The notes: generated from the letters alone by a model not told the origin. DNA of 64,000 nt from Trichoplax sp. H2 (GCA_003344405.1 NOWV01000212.1:1-64000), one strand, 5' to 3'; shown: positions 38,701 through 53,800, numbered from the stretch's first letter. Made by a program: numbers and translations.

Positions 38701-39523
38701 TCTCCATCCTCTGTCCACTATCCAATAAACTACCCCCATATGTGTCAAGTTCAATAACAATTAAATTGTTCTATTGCGTGTAACCATCCAATTTACGTCT
38801 AATGATTGGGTCTATCTCCCGTGAATATCTAAAAAAGAATACTGCATCATCCATGCTGACTAAAGAGTGAATAGATACAAACTATCTATCCTGTAATTCA
38901 TTGACAAGGCCTTGGTTGTCCCTCCATATTCCCCTGTCACAATGTCATCACTCACAACACGTTCGCTGGATATCTCCTACTATAAGATAGGATATTACGA
39001 TAAAATGGAAAAAGTTCAGCTTTGAACTACTGTAATTCATTGAAAAGGCCTTGGTTATCCTCAATATTGCCCTGTTCCAATACGCGTGTCATCACTATTT
39101 CTCTTGCAAAACGTTCACAGGATATCTTCTACCATGGGATAAGATAGTACGATACAGTAGAAAAATTTCAGCTTTGAACTACTAGGACAAAAAATAGAGC
39201 CGATATTCATGCCATGAGTAGTGCAATGGACTTTTGATTTTTTTTATTACCACCAAAAATGGAAAAGTCCCTGGCAGCGCTTATGAAAGAGTCAATGAAA
39301 ATTCTGGACAGGCTCTTTGAAAATTGTGGCAAAAATGACTCAAACAGGCATCTATGAACGACTTTTTCTTAGCTAAAACTTACCAGTATAAGATTTTAAT
39401 GGTAGGTCCAACCAGTGAATGATGTCTTAACGTACTTTTCCTATCCAAAGTGTCCTGGCTTGCTACTATCGAGCAGCAAAGGATTAACATGGCGATCCAT
39501 CTCGCTGGTCGTGCCATCGCCAT
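35757..39523 (-). CDS. SELENOT: Selenoprotein T (thioredoxin-like Rdx family), 189 aa, Sec at residue 50, 4 exons
   Basis: Exons 39384-39523, 37248-37491, 36158-36245 and 35757-35854 with GT-AG introns total 570 nt. Translation: MAMARPARWIAMLILCCSIVASQDTLDRKSTLRHHSLVGPTIKILYC-ASUGYRNAFQQYSQFLQSSFPSINVEGDVYPPP...SIYLWANENK-ITACMIIFFLLNSLEQQLLSTGAFEVTLNG-INVWSKLNSGRLPSADELQQIIQQQYSFKSI*. Matches the SelT motifs CxSUGY, W...NK, STGAFE and WSKL.SG.LP. The TGA is at 37482-37484 and a SECIS lies downstream. Confidence 0.96.
36455..37070. repeat. Tandem repeat of ~180-185 bp, ~3.3 copies, in SelT intron 2
   Basis: The unit start tact(a/g)aactctat(c/t)gatttcgaggat recurs at about 36455, 36641 and 36821, and in degenerate form at about 37006. 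Confidence 0.88.
38891..39183. repeat. Two-copy tandem duplication (~140-150 bp) in SelT intron 1
   Basis: ctgtaattcattga(c/a)aaggccttggtt...ttcagctttgaacta at 38891 and 39030. Confidence 0.85.
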
Positions 39524-41812
39524 GGCGAATCAGTGAAAATTGTCTTTAAAGATTGACTGGGGAGAGTAGAGTACCAAGACTAAATGGCGTTTACTGCGAA
39601 GGCTGACTACTCAAACAGGTTCGTTGGTTGGGTTGCATTGTATGAATTTTCTGCAAGCCTATTTTCATTACTACGACTTCACATTGCCTACAGTGCATAG
39701 GCATTGTTGGTACTGTACACTCAGCAGTATAGGTAGGCGCCCTGTACAAAATGAATGTCACCCTTTGGTGATACACATAGCACAAGCTTTGGTTAAGGTA
39801 CAACTACGGTAAAACAACAGTGATAGACCAAGCTGAAAATGGCCGCTACCCAAATCACGATTTCATCAAAAGAATGAGTTGCTTTCATTTCGATTATGTC
39901 TAGTGGATAGGGATGTTTAATTGAGTTAAAATCGCTCTTAACAACATCGTCTTTGTCATGAAGAACGAGCTTTTTCCATTGGAACTGTATGAATGAAATA
40001 CATGGTGGCTCTGTAATCCTGAGCAAGGCCTGTTGTCAGTTAAAGGATACGCCAATATCTTGAAAGTTTATTTTGGCATAGCTCCTTTCATCCTTTCAAC
40101 TTTTATCGATCCATTGGTAGCTTTTCAACCTTTCCTCCAGTATTGGCCTACTGAATGGATTGACCAGTAAATAATGACACGATTTAAAGTAGAGAGCGAC
40201 TACTCTACCTTCATCTTCCATGTTATAATTTGATACTGGTAGGATACTTTGCCACACCGGCCTCCATTGCTAGCGAAATAAATGTCACCTTATTGACGCA
40301 CTAGTGGCAATTCTTCGTATACTGTACTATCAATCTATCTATGATGAGGGTGACGTCCATTTTTTTATATTGCCTACAGTACTTTTGTCACTTACAGTAT
40401 TTAAAGAAAATAATATCGCCGTACAGTACTGTACTGTATACTGTACTATAGGAGAGATTGATGTGGTGGAGTAAAGGTCGTACTGTAGCTACAGTGCAAA
40501 ACTCATGACACTATCGTGCAAAACTCAAGGTGCTTACATTATTTTTAAAATAAAATACTGTGATATGGTGCCAGAATATGCTGGACTGTACTTCGCCATG
40601 GATAACTAGCCTGTATACAGTAGTTTTCTTCTAGCACTGTAGTCACACGGTACCCAAAAGTGGTGATAGATAATCGATACAGCCCTGTAGTGTAAAGCTC
40701 CTGTATGGCAAGCAAATAAGAATTTCAATTTGAAATGCTACTATGCGTATACCCTCATCTACATGATCTACACTAGAGAGTAGAGACCTTAAGCTTAGCA
40801 GTAATCGATACCCTTTAATGATATGCTGAGTGCATGTACCATGGTGCATACTGTCATCACAACTTGCAAAGGGATCGGCTAATAGTCAATCGTCCACAGA
40901 CTATCAATACTACTGTACAGTGCAGGCGGTAAGAAAGGCATTACTATCAATTTGATTATGGCAATATCATCACCAAACATAAATGTAAAGACAACAATGA
41001 AAATGATCCATCATCACCAAGTCAAATAGTCCAACAAAGCCAGAGTAATTACGTCTGCCAATAAACGTACCTTCAAATGTGTAAAAGTATTCATTCCAAT
41101 TGTTGAATCAGTACTGTATAATCGTTGTTGCTTACTATTTTTAATACATTTTTTTTTCAGCCTTACATTAAATTAGTGCAAAAACGTTGGGAGAACAAAA
41201 TGAAGATGAAAATGCTTCAATTATTCCAACGACGCACTTGAATAAAGACTTATTGTAGGATAACGATTTGTTACTGCAGTATAGACTGTTCTACAGCTAC
41301 CTAACTGATAATTTACCATGGTAACCCAATTTTCAAAAAATCTACATAGGTATATCACATTACATGTTGAAAATAATAATGTTATATTCAAATAGATTGT
41401 CGAATCCAAACCAATAAAATCAAGATGATATAATAATAAAATTTTCATGTACCTAATGATAACAATTTTTCCTTATACTGTAACACCGTAACAAAAATCA
41501 ACAAATACATACTCGCTAAATGATATTCCGCAATTAATATATCTTTTATACAGTGACACAAAAATTGTTTTTATAACATCATGTAACCACAAATATAATT
41601 AGTAGTATTACTAAGGTATCTAGCAACTAAAATTCAGTTAGGCATTTACAATGCAAATTGTTAACGTCTCTAGGCCGATCTTCTTCGTTATTGATAACAA
41701 TAAATGAATTGACGGTTTAGCCTCTTGCAAGAATTTCTATTATTATACACCATACAGTTATTTATTTCATGTTGCCATATAGAAAGAACTACTGTATCTT
41801 GCATTAATTTCC

Positions 41813-44800
41813 TCAATTTCTCCTTGAGCCTCTATTTTCTTCATCAGAATTTTCGTGCCGCGTCGATTCGCTAGCAGCAAGATTATCGTCAGATTCCGGA
41901 AAGTAACGATTAGGGGCTGCGTGATAGCGTTTGTTACGCTCATTTTGAGCGTTAAGCTCATCGATTTCTTCAATATCATCATATTCACCCTATGGAAGAC
42001 ATCTATATTCAGTTATTGATATCATTGTCTATTGCATAAACACTCTAATACACAGCTACGTTGTCAATTGCACAACCCCATTGATATACTAGTATCTCAC
42101 CTCATCGACTAATTCCAAAGCTTTCGCGTAAACAACACGTGCACTATTAGATCGTTCCAAAAGTGATCTAAAGCATAACAGAGTAATTCAAGTCGATTAT
42201 TTTATTACTGATCATATACTTAAAATGGTTAACTCATCTTACCCAGCCGAAGTTTCGTTCGATTGTGCAGGGGGAGACCAATTTGTATAACCATAGCCGC
42301 TACCGGTAGGATAGGTATTCTAATGTCATAAATACAAGAATTTTATTTATATCGATTCTACTATAGAAGCTTGACGTAAACTGTAATGATAAATACAGTA
42401 TATCAAAGAAAGATACTGCCGTCCTACATACCCTATCCAATTCGTCTCCTAGCCAGTTAACTGCTTCAGTCCACTTTTGCTTCCAAACATGATTATCTTG
42501 AAATAATTCCAATGCCACTCTATATCTGTCGTTAATTAAAAATTCTTTAAGCAACTTCTGTCATCTTACCCTAATCCCAAATTGATGGCACGATTTCATG
42601 TACGTATGTTTACAAATGCTTATCTCACCTAGGAATAAATGATACAAGGAATTTCATACACAAATATGAGCGCTTTTGATGACGACCACGAGAGTTGATA
42701 ATGATATCAAAGATACCAAGTCGTTCATCGGAAATACCTATAGGAAATTAAAGATATATTAAACTGTTATAAATATAATATAGCGACATAAAGGCATCGA
42801 GCTCAACTAGAACCTTGCATAGCTAGGTGTATACGCTGTTGTTGCCAAGAATCTTCTATGGTCAACACACTAACAAATAAATCTATGTAAGGCTTTAAAC
42901 GATCCCCAGACGGAGCGTGCTGGATCTATTTCGGATAGATCAAGAATTAGCTCTAAGATTAATCTGACGACATCTATCTATAATAACTGTAATATCTGAA
43001 ATTGAGGTGAAATTTAAGCGTGCATTACTACTAATGAATATTAAACACATACATAATAGAGCAGCTTGGAAACAATCAGCCTCGAGAAATGCTCATTTTC
43101 CCAAGAACAAAACTGAAACGATAAAAAGCGATAATAAATCAGATTCCCTAGTAAATATGGCAGTATTACAGTATATGTTATCAATTTGCAAAAATGTGCT
43201 CTAATTTTGAAACCAGAATACCTCGATCAACTTGGCGGTTTCTTCATTTCCAGGATATTCTTCCAAGATCTTCTTCAAATATCTACAAAAAAAATAGCAA
43301 AAATACTTTAACATCAGTGGGAGACAAATATAGCGTATCAATGCAAGTAACAATTAAAACAAATTTTCATATATCCTCACATTTTTCTGATAAATAACAA
43401 CATTTCTACTTCTCGAGGTAACGGTAGAATCCATTTTTTATGATCATGTGGTGAGAGCTCGGTATATGGGTTTTCTCCATAATTGCCAGGCTAAAATTGC
43501 ATCAGTAATCACGGAAAGTAATTCAGTATTTTATCACAACTTAATGAAACTTGACAATTAAAACGAATAGACTTTACTAAAAAACGTACCATGGTTTCAC
43601 ATTGTTTTTCTTTATTGGATATATCACAGCTGCGAATAAGTATCGAAGTAACTGCATGTAGTTTACTAAGATCCTGAGATTGGTATCTCAATACCGATCC
43701 CGTATTTTCGTCCGAACTTAAGTTCATAAAGACATCTGCAACGCCTAAGCGTAGCAGTTGAATTCTCTATAATACGTAATAGCAACATTATTTAAAGTTA
43801 GTAAGTGGCAAAAAATATACAAATTAACAACCAACAATTATTGGAAAAGTAATGCTATTTATTAACCTGGCCCATTCCAAAATTAGCATACATTAAAAAC
43901 AACTGAAAATACTGTTGATAATATCGGCCATGTTCAGGCAAATCTCGATTAATTAGCGATAAAACTGCCTTAAGAATGTTATCACTAATAGAATGCGTAT
44001 ATTCGGTCTCCTCGTCATCTAAATAAGACATAAATGGAAATATTTTAATTAGCATTGTGTACATAAACTACTAAAAAAAACTACTTCAGTTAATGCTGTA
44101 TTTGCCTCTTTTACATACCATTATCCGCTGATGATAATCTCAAAGGTGATGTCGGTGTTTCTATCAATGTCAGATGGCATAGTGTAACAATAATTTTGGC
44201 AAATGTGTACCGCATCTATAAGATTGAATGCACTAAATTAATTTTCATGTATAAAAATTGTCGAGGATCAGTTGAATTAGGCTGATAATAATTAACACAG
44301 AACCTCCCCAACTGGACATTCCAATAGATATTCTGTAAATCTTTGAGGATGCGCAAATAGCACATTCCGTGCAAACCATATTCTTGCATTTCTACTATGG
44401 CGAAATATTAACGCAATAGCATCGTACCAGTCGTTATATGAACCCCTAAATAAGGCAATTTACAAAAACTATTGATCAAGCATGCACACCACTTAAACCA
44501 TCAAACAATATCAGAGCCATACCTAATGCCCTTTTTCGTTCTAAATCCTATACTAAATAAAAATTTACTAGCCATCTCGATACTTAAAACACCAAATTCT
44601 TCCAGATCAGGTGGCTACAAATAATTAAATATTCATTAACAAAGTATTAACAAAGTTGAGAATTGTTGTGTATAAATGTAGTAAAGTTAGAAATCTTCAA
44701 GTTTACTCTTATACAACTCTACCGTACTACTTACTTGATTATCCCGGCTAAGGTGCTGAAAGTTGGCAATTATTAGCTTACGAATGAATTGAAAGTATTC

Positions 44801-47800
44801 GTAGCTATAATGCATTTGTTCGTGCAAAAAATAGATATTTTGTCGAATGACGGCACCGTGAATTTGTTTAGGTATATTTACAGCTTGCTGGAAACCATCT
44901 ACAATGTTAGCACAACAAGAACTCTAAACAAATGGATCATGCTATTGACTCTGAAAACTCTGTAGTTTTTTGAAAGTAACAGCTTACGCATATTTCCATC
45001 ATTATCTACAATGTCTTTTCTTTCATAAAAAAGGATATAGGAATTCCACCATCTTTTTTGACGTCGGAATGACATTCTGTGTAGATAAGATAATTGAAAA
45101 ATATTATACACGTAAATTAGTAAAGAAAGTAATCCCTTACGAAGACAGAAATATTCCATCAATATTACCTTTTTACTACTTGATCGTATACCTCACCCAT
45201 GTATTCACCACCAAAACACTGAGATTTCAATTCCTTAATTGATGTATACGCGAAGCAACATAAGTAATCAATACTACCGCTATTAAAATAAGGTATCGAT
45301 AGAGAATACCTCGTCGTCGTCCATCCTACATTCTGTGACATCTCCGTCATCAAATTTAAACCACTGACCACCATTACCATCTTCACCCCTATGTTCAATT
45401 CATCCTTAAATACATACTTCCAATACAGATAATAATTTATAGAATTTTTAAACTACCTTTTTATTATATAAGAATAATAGTGACCACCATTAGCTTGACC
45501 ACTGTGTACAATCATGCCAACTAGCCGGTACTGAGTAACTGGAGAGTCTTCACTATCAGTTTCGATATCTTCTAAGCTTTCATCTAAAATGGGCATATTT
45601 ATAATGCGCTGTTATCGGAGTAAACTAATTATTAGCACTCCATGCTTTAAAATATCGAAAACGATACGTTACCTTCAATTTTAGCCAATCCAGCCACAGT
45701 AAATGGCTCCATATCGAATTCACGTGGAAACTCAAAATAATCGTTAAATTTTACAGCGCAATCCCTTCGAAACAATGTGATATGCAGTTTATTATATTAT
45801 TGTTGTTATCGTTAAAGCCAAGAAATAGAAACGATAATACCTTTCCCAGTCGTAATCAAATCTTTTCAACTGAATTGCCAAAATCTTTGGTAACTTTTTA
45901 ATACACATCCTCTTCACGGTGTCAACCTTATTTAAGATCGAGTGAAGGCTGCTTATTATAACATTCAATGCTCGATACTACTACTAAATTTAGCATGATC
46001 TAATGCATGAATATTTCGAGAAATATCAAAACATACCTTTTTATCGCATCTTTCACAATAATATGCATTAACGCCTTCGAGCAAATCTCCTTTAACATAT
46101 TGCTCTAAAGATTCAACCATGTTCTGATGGTTACGAATATCAACGCTGATTGCGGTGAAAGATTCATCTCGCGAATAACGGTGAGGGCAACCCTTACAGA
46201 TCTTTTGATCAGCAAATGTACCACCAAAAACATGCGACAAAAATGGCGGAAAACCTTGATCTTTCAATGCTTCATCCAGTGTATCCACTAAACTATTAAA
46301 GAATTCGTAAGCGTCCTGTTGTTCTCTTAAATTAACTGGATTACCTTGAAGACTATCGAAGAAAAGCCCCAAAAAATTAATTAATAATTATTCTAACAAT
46401 CCGCAAATGCAGCAGTAAAAATTACAAACCGAAACATTTTCCAGAAACCACGAGGGATATAGTATTGTAAAAGACTTTCGGTTAAATGCGCAAATATACT
46501 CTGTACTTGCTTTAACAAACATAAATTATATTCTTTTATCGGCATATCTTTTCTACTATCTTGAAACCTCTGCCGATCTTCCCGGATATAGGGGTCAATA
46601 TTCAACTGCAGGAGAATAAAACCATCCATCGAATGACCCACTGTATCAATATTATCAATCCAATTGAAACAATACTCTTACCTCGATATCGCCTCCCTTA
46701 TCAGAACCGTCGTAAGCGTCTACCTCTTCTTTTTCAAAACTTGTCTGAACGTTTAGGACACTTTTACATACCTCCGGTATCATAAATAGCTGAAAGTATA
46801 CTTGGCATATTTAGGAACTGCATTTGAGTACAATAAGAAAATAATATAAGCAAAACAAACCTGCTGTAGCACAGAATTCATATAGCATGTAGCACCACCA
46901 TTTTTTAGTCCAACATAACCATTAGAAGGTCTACATCCAACGGTAGGAGAATACTCCCAGACATCCAAAGCATTAGAAATTTCCGCTAATCAAAATTTTG
47001 ATAATATTAGAATCAATAGTTCTAATAATGAATTAATCCAATTTTATTCCATTTATAGATAAATACTTACGGTAATTAAACAATTCAGATAAAATATTGC
47101 ATACAAGGTGGAAGTTCGATATTGAACCGACACAGAATGCGACTAATAGATCCATTGCGGCATTAGTAGTAATAGGGGTATGACAAATTCGCTTCACCTG
47201 TTTCCAATTTATGTCGTCTATATTGTAAATACATGAATTTAAAGAATGATCTCCAATGATATATAAAGCAATAAAGGTTAACCATATAGACATGTATTAC
47301 ATATACCGATCGTTCCTTAAGGAGTAAATTTTATTCAAAACTTTACTTATACGCGACGCTTTATCATCTCACCTTTCTTGGATCCAATATCATGTAGCAA
47401 CTTCGAAGCAGGAAACAAAAATTGGTACATGAGTTCCTAAAAATGACATATTTAAAATTAGTAATACTATTTCAGAATGACAAGCCAACTAATGATATCT
47501 TTCGTATCACCTCTATGAAACTAATGTTGTCATATTTGCAGCCAATGTACGATTTCTTTTGACCGGAGATAAAGGATAAGAGCTCTTTGGTGACGCTTAG
47601 ATGGCCGTCTAGTAATATTTGATCAATGTCACCAAGCACGTTATTCTTTTTAAATTTCTCCTGAAAGGGACAGCGAAATATCATTAATGTGATTATAAAT
47701 AATCATAAATAGCCGAATTAGAAAATCACACCTTTATATTTCGTAACCAACTAATTTCATTAAGAAGCAAGTTCTCCGCTTTAGAAACTGGGACCTTGGT

Positions 47801-50800
47801 TACATGGCCGTAATTTAACAGCCTACAACAAGTAATATCATAATCACACACGCAATCATAGATCGTAATAGGCTTCACTTTCACTGGCAATTAGAGAAAT
47901 TGAATGTTTACTAAATAGCACATTACATTGTATATACCTGCATGAAAGCAAAAAGTATTCTCCAGAAAACAGCGCAAATTCTTCTACAGCAGTCTAAAAA
48001 ATAGCATACAGTGATTATACCAACTAAAGATTACATACTCTGTAAATAATGGTATTTAATATAAATCATATTATCTGAGTGAAGTCATACCGTTAAAATT
48101 GAAAAAAATAGTTCTAGAAAATGTAAGAGACATCTATTTCCAGGGCTACACTTAGTAGCGATCGTTAAAAACTGCTCAGCAGCACAAATTCGAACAGACC
48201 TAAATAAAACAGTAAATGTTGAAAGCATTTTAGCTAACAGTTAGCCTTAGTAGTGCATAGATACGAATGCATGTTTAGCGCATAATAATAGTGACCTGTT
48301 TCTGCATACTAACAACACGTCTACGATAAACAGCTGCCATGACTTTTCACGACTAAGTGTATCCAAAATTGAAGGACACAGCGCCAAGGATACACCTAAA
48401 ACCTGTAGAAGAGTAAACGGAATCATTGTAAAAAGTATAACCAAAACAAGAGCGTTACATATTTCTACAAATACCTCAAGGGCTTCCATTGCAACAGGAC
48501 CTTCGTCAATACACGATGTAACCGTCGAGGTCTAAAATAGTTTACCATTTATAATTAATCTTTATTATAGCTGATCAAAAATTAATATTATTTTCTTAGC
48601 GTAAAGATGACAGAATTTCTTTTACCTTTCCATGACGGAAAGCCTTCTGTAATTCGTCGATAGAGATATTGATGCAAGACAGGAGACCGCCAGCGGAAGT
48701 CCAAGCAATCTTGATGAAAAGCCGTATGTCTTCAATACTAGGCATGTACCTTGTAGCCTAAGTATAAATTGATGTATGAATTGATATCACTTTATACACT
48801 TATTACACGTAAATATTTTTATTTGTACCTTCTCTTTCATAATTTTCCCCATTTTTGCGGCGATATTTATTAACATAAACTCAGATTGAGGACATGGAAC
48901 TGTCTGCAAAGCTTGTTGTAAAACTAGAGCAGCCGAGTGTGCAGCAGGCGTAACAGATGAATTTCCATTTTCACGAACAGCATCAGCAACGATTGCAACC
49001 TGGGCATGACCAGTTACGGTCAGCAAAAATTTTCCTATTTTCAAACACAGATGGCATAATTGCCTATAAAAAAAAAAAAATATTAAAAAGATACAAATCC
49101 ACGCGTATTTTTCCTTTACCATTTATATATTTTACCTCTGTATCATTCTATTACACGATTGCTCAGATATATTTTGCCGAAGAAAGCTAAAAATATAGCT
49201 TAAACCACCAGATTTAATAAAGGATTTCTAGATCAACAAACAAAATGCATAAATATGATATATCAACTGGGTTGTCTAAAATTTAGGCTGCTTAACATAG
49301 GACAGTACTGAAATTTAAATAGTACAGAATACTTTATTGATCTTAACCTGAAAATTTTCAGTGCTTTCACTTTGTGGTAAAAAAGCAGGCATCAACATAG
49401 CGTAAATTACCTGCAGTAAAACACAGAAGATGAATATTTTTATTAATATCACAAATTTGCAGATAAAGTGCCTACCTCTAACGAATACAGACTGCGTAGA
49501 GAAACGGTCTCCCCAAGTTGGTTTTTCAACATTCCTCCGTCATGAACTTCATCATACTGTTCAACTATACCTTTACACACCGTTTCTACGTTCTTTGTAA
49601 TAAAATTTGCTATATCGCAAATATAGAGATAATTAGTAAATAGAATATGAAATAATGCACCAGAAATACACAATGTAACTTGCGCACATGCCATCAAATC
49701 ATAGCATCTTATGGGCAACCTACCTGAGGGTAATCGTTGCAGCAAATCATAGACACCATTTACTATGCCATCGGTTGCTTCGAAAATAGCACCCACATCA
49801 GCCAGGTCGAACAAAAATTTAACATGGTTTTCCATTCCAGCAAATACCTAACACCATAAAATAGTTAACGATAAAAAGACAGTACTCATATAATAATCAA
49901 TTTGCTATAAATGACAAACCACTCCTGGTAGGCATTTTTCTGCATCAATATTTGGGCCATCATAATGCCCATTAGGATAGCCAGAAGAAGATTCTGAAGA
50001 ACTGTCTGGCGACGACGGTACAGAATTAATTCCTTGATTTACTTTCGCATATATGATCTAAGCATGAGCAGTTAATGAAAATTACTTAATAAGTCATTAA
50101 CGCGAGTGATGATGTACTGTATGTATAAACAGTAGAGGACTGAAACTAAGAGAGTATTTTTGCTTACCGATCTATCACGTATTGGCATATCACAAACCAA
50201 TTTGTTATCATCAGCCGGATTTAAAATTTCATTATTTACATATAAATCCGTACGATTATTACCACAAGACCTTAACCTAACATACAACATTAGCCATACT
50301 GCGTTATGTCCTTTCCAGTCGTAATAAAGAAGCTAAAAATGTTATCAATACATAGAAACGAAATCTTCACCTATTTAAAATACGTCGGCGAAGGGTTCCT
50401 ACGGACTCGTTAGAATGAGTGTAAAAGTCACTATCTTCTACACCTCTAAGATGATTTGGCAGCCTAATCTGAAGGGTTATGTGCTTACCGCGACAAGCTC
50501 TATCACCGTAACAACGATTTTATCCATTATTGCTAAGATCGGTATAATTATATCAATATTTTCAATATACATTTTATATTTACCTCCCATGCGGTAAGAT
50601 TGTCCTATCTCCAGAAAATTCATCATCACAGTCTGCAAAGTAATCCTTTATTACTTTCAGGACTCTAACGTTACGAGTAGCTTCTCTGACAATCATGTCT
50701 TGACTTTCGGTGGAACTACTTTCGGTCATAGCAAAAGACCTTAAATTGTTGCATGACACTTGCAAGCGTTTCATGCAAGTCTCTATAAATTCGCTATCAG

Positions 50801-53800
50801 CCAAAACCTACACCATAGAGTCAAAATTAGCATAAATTGATTGGCTGTTTAAGTATATTAGCTACGAGCTTGGGCATTTGCATCAACTATTCGTACCTGA
50901 CTATTCTGTACATCTGGATTTAAGGTTATATAAGTTTCCTTCAATAACTCAATCGCTTTATTTGCCACATCCTCTTCGCTACATAATACAACCTAAACAA
51001 CATAGTTAGTTAGTCAAAGAAGGTGGATTTACAACGAAAGTCGATATCATTTTAAAGAGTAAGAATTAACTATCCTACCCTCCAGATATAATCTACACCA
51101 ATGAGCTCTTGGTCATGTTTGTATATCGGCTTTGTTTCATTATTAATTTTAGTACCTCCGTTAACAGCACGAAAAAATAATTCAAAGCACCTAAAAGCAT
51201 TCATTTCCAAATAAAATATCTGATTAATAAGTGCAAAAAGTACAATAACTTATATAATATCCATAGATACCTGACGCCGTTTTCTGTAAGAAGGCTAGGG
51301 TCGAACGTCAGAATATTTTTTTCAAAGAACTTCTGACATGTCTCAGGTTGCATTACAGTGGTATCTTCTAAAATCTATAACGGATCGTGTGTTTAGCTTC
51401 CATAATCTTTATTGTCGTAGTCCACTAAGAAATATGTGAAATGAATAAACAAATACTACTACTTACCCTAGAAAACCAAGTAAAACAAGCTTCTCTATCA
51501 CTTAAGTGGATTCCTTTTTCAGCCAAGCAAAACCAAATCTATAACAAGCAGACGTTGCTGTTATGAATACTACTCATACATACTGAAAATCAGAGCATAT
51601 TAAGTCGCTTACAAGTTCGGCTTCAGGCAATTGTAAAATTAGATGGCCGTCTCTTAAACAATATCTTCAGTAAATAAAAGTATGTAAGGGTTACCCCAGA
51701 ATTAGTATACGACAAATAATTGCACTTATTATAAATAGACTTCTACGATCAACGTAATAGCATCTCTACCTCAAAAATGTAAGTCTTTCGTCAACTTGTT
51801 GAGAATGGGAATAGTGCGAAGCAGGCATAACGTCTGAAGTGGAATTCTCTCGAAAAGCTGTTAAGGATAAGTTGGAAATGAATATTGATCATCTATAAAT
51901 GTAATCCTTAACAAATTCGACTAACCTTGAAAATGTGCTCTGGCCTTATTCATATAAATCGATAAGTTTTCTGCGGTTACAGAAACAATTTTGTGTTTCT
52001 GTTGTAACTGATTTATAACTTCATGGCGATAAAATAAATGCGATAATGGCTGAGAACGAGAATAATCTCGAGGTGCCTAGGTGATCGTAACGATAAAATC
52101 AAAATTAAAATTCAAAAAACAGTTTAAAATCATTACAGGGGTAATAGTACCTCATAAAATAGCTGACAAATTTCTTGGATGTGCTTGACAGCTGGAATGA
52201 CCCAATTACTTTCTTTCAGCTCTTCTACACATTTATCGATCCAATTTGTCTTTTGTACATCGCGATCCTGTTATAAGTTAACTTTAGTATAATCTTGTCT
52301 AATTATCACAGTCATCTACAAATAAAAGTAATTACCGGTGAGCAATTGTAGTCCAAAATTTTAATATGTGCAGACAAGGCTAAATCCATAATTTCAATAG
52401 GGACGTCCCTGTCGTGAACTAAATTCCACAATAATTCTAAAACCTGTAATTTTTCATGTGATACCATTAGAACTTCAGCACAGTATATTCTAAAGATCAA
52501 TAGGTAACAAAGTCAGCTATATTTATTACTAAATTTACTTTTTGGGCCATGAAGCCTTCTTTATCATCTTCTGCAAGACGTCTAATCAATTCAATCAATT
52601 TCTCTCTTTGTTTATTAGATGCATTGGTCCAACTTTTCTATTTTTGCAATAATATGTAGAAGTGTAAGTACGTTACCAGACTTTAAAAAAAAGTTGTAAT
52701 ATCAATACATTACTTGAAAACAGTCGAATAAATAATCCAGTTGTTGCGCGGAAAAATCCCAAGCTAGCTTTGCTAGCAAATCATGCACATTTTTTACAAT
52801 GGCTTCGTGTTTTCCAGCCTAAAAGTATAGAATGTCATTTTTTATTTCATTTTCGTACAAATGATAATAAAATAAGAAACAAAAATTTTGGCAAACCTGG
52901 GCCGCCCATATTAAATCAAGATCACGAAATGTAACAGCCTTTTCTTTAATCGCAAAACGAAGGATTTTCTCTAATTTTTCAACGTACTAATTATACAAAG
53001 ATGATATCCAAATCAAATGGTTGCACTCTAACATACATGTAATTATATTAATTAAAATGAAGCAGATATTAGCATCAATTTACTTGTGGTTGATGTAAAT
53101 TGTCCCGTAAAACTACATTAAGAACATCATTTTGTTGTATCCATTCCTGAAACATCAAAGCAATTTTAGAAAAGCAAATAAAATTTATAGTATTATTAGC
53201 GAATCATTCCATAACGCAAGAACCCAGTAAATCCAACTTACAGCGATTCGATCCGCTGTTAGCCAATCATCATCTGGATATGAAGAGCCAGTATTACGAT
53301 GAGTAATGTACGATACGTTCATTATTAATCTGTTCATCTGCAAGAATAGCAATGTAAGGAAAGATCAGATTTATTCTATAATGCCTTGTTCACATAGTAC
53401 CTTATCTAATTTTCTTACCTCGTTTAAGGCACTCATTTTGCCATTGAAGGAAGACATCTGTAATAACCTAATCGGCAAAGAATAGGTCAATATGGTAAGT
53501 GACATTAAGAATAACCTGTGATTAGTATTTGAAAGAGTACCTTAATACAATCTTAAGTCTAAACAGTTCAACAGTTCGGATTACTTCTTCTTTGCCTGGC
53601 ACCCTAACAGACAGATTCTTCAAAGCCTAGCGAGATATATAATTTATCAGCGTGTTATTTTTTCGCAATCTATCATACAGCTAAAATATTAAGGTTTAAT
53701 GAGCGCTACGTTTCAGTGAACGATAGAAGAAAAGAGGCACTATCGACATATCATACCCTAATAATGCTAGATATTGCGTCACTTTTCGATTCACTCTTGG

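Noticed and set aside
50105..50145. C/D-box snoRNA-like TGATGA...CTGA in a USP9X intron
   Set aside because: It is antisense to the host gene and the boxes are only about 30 nt apart.
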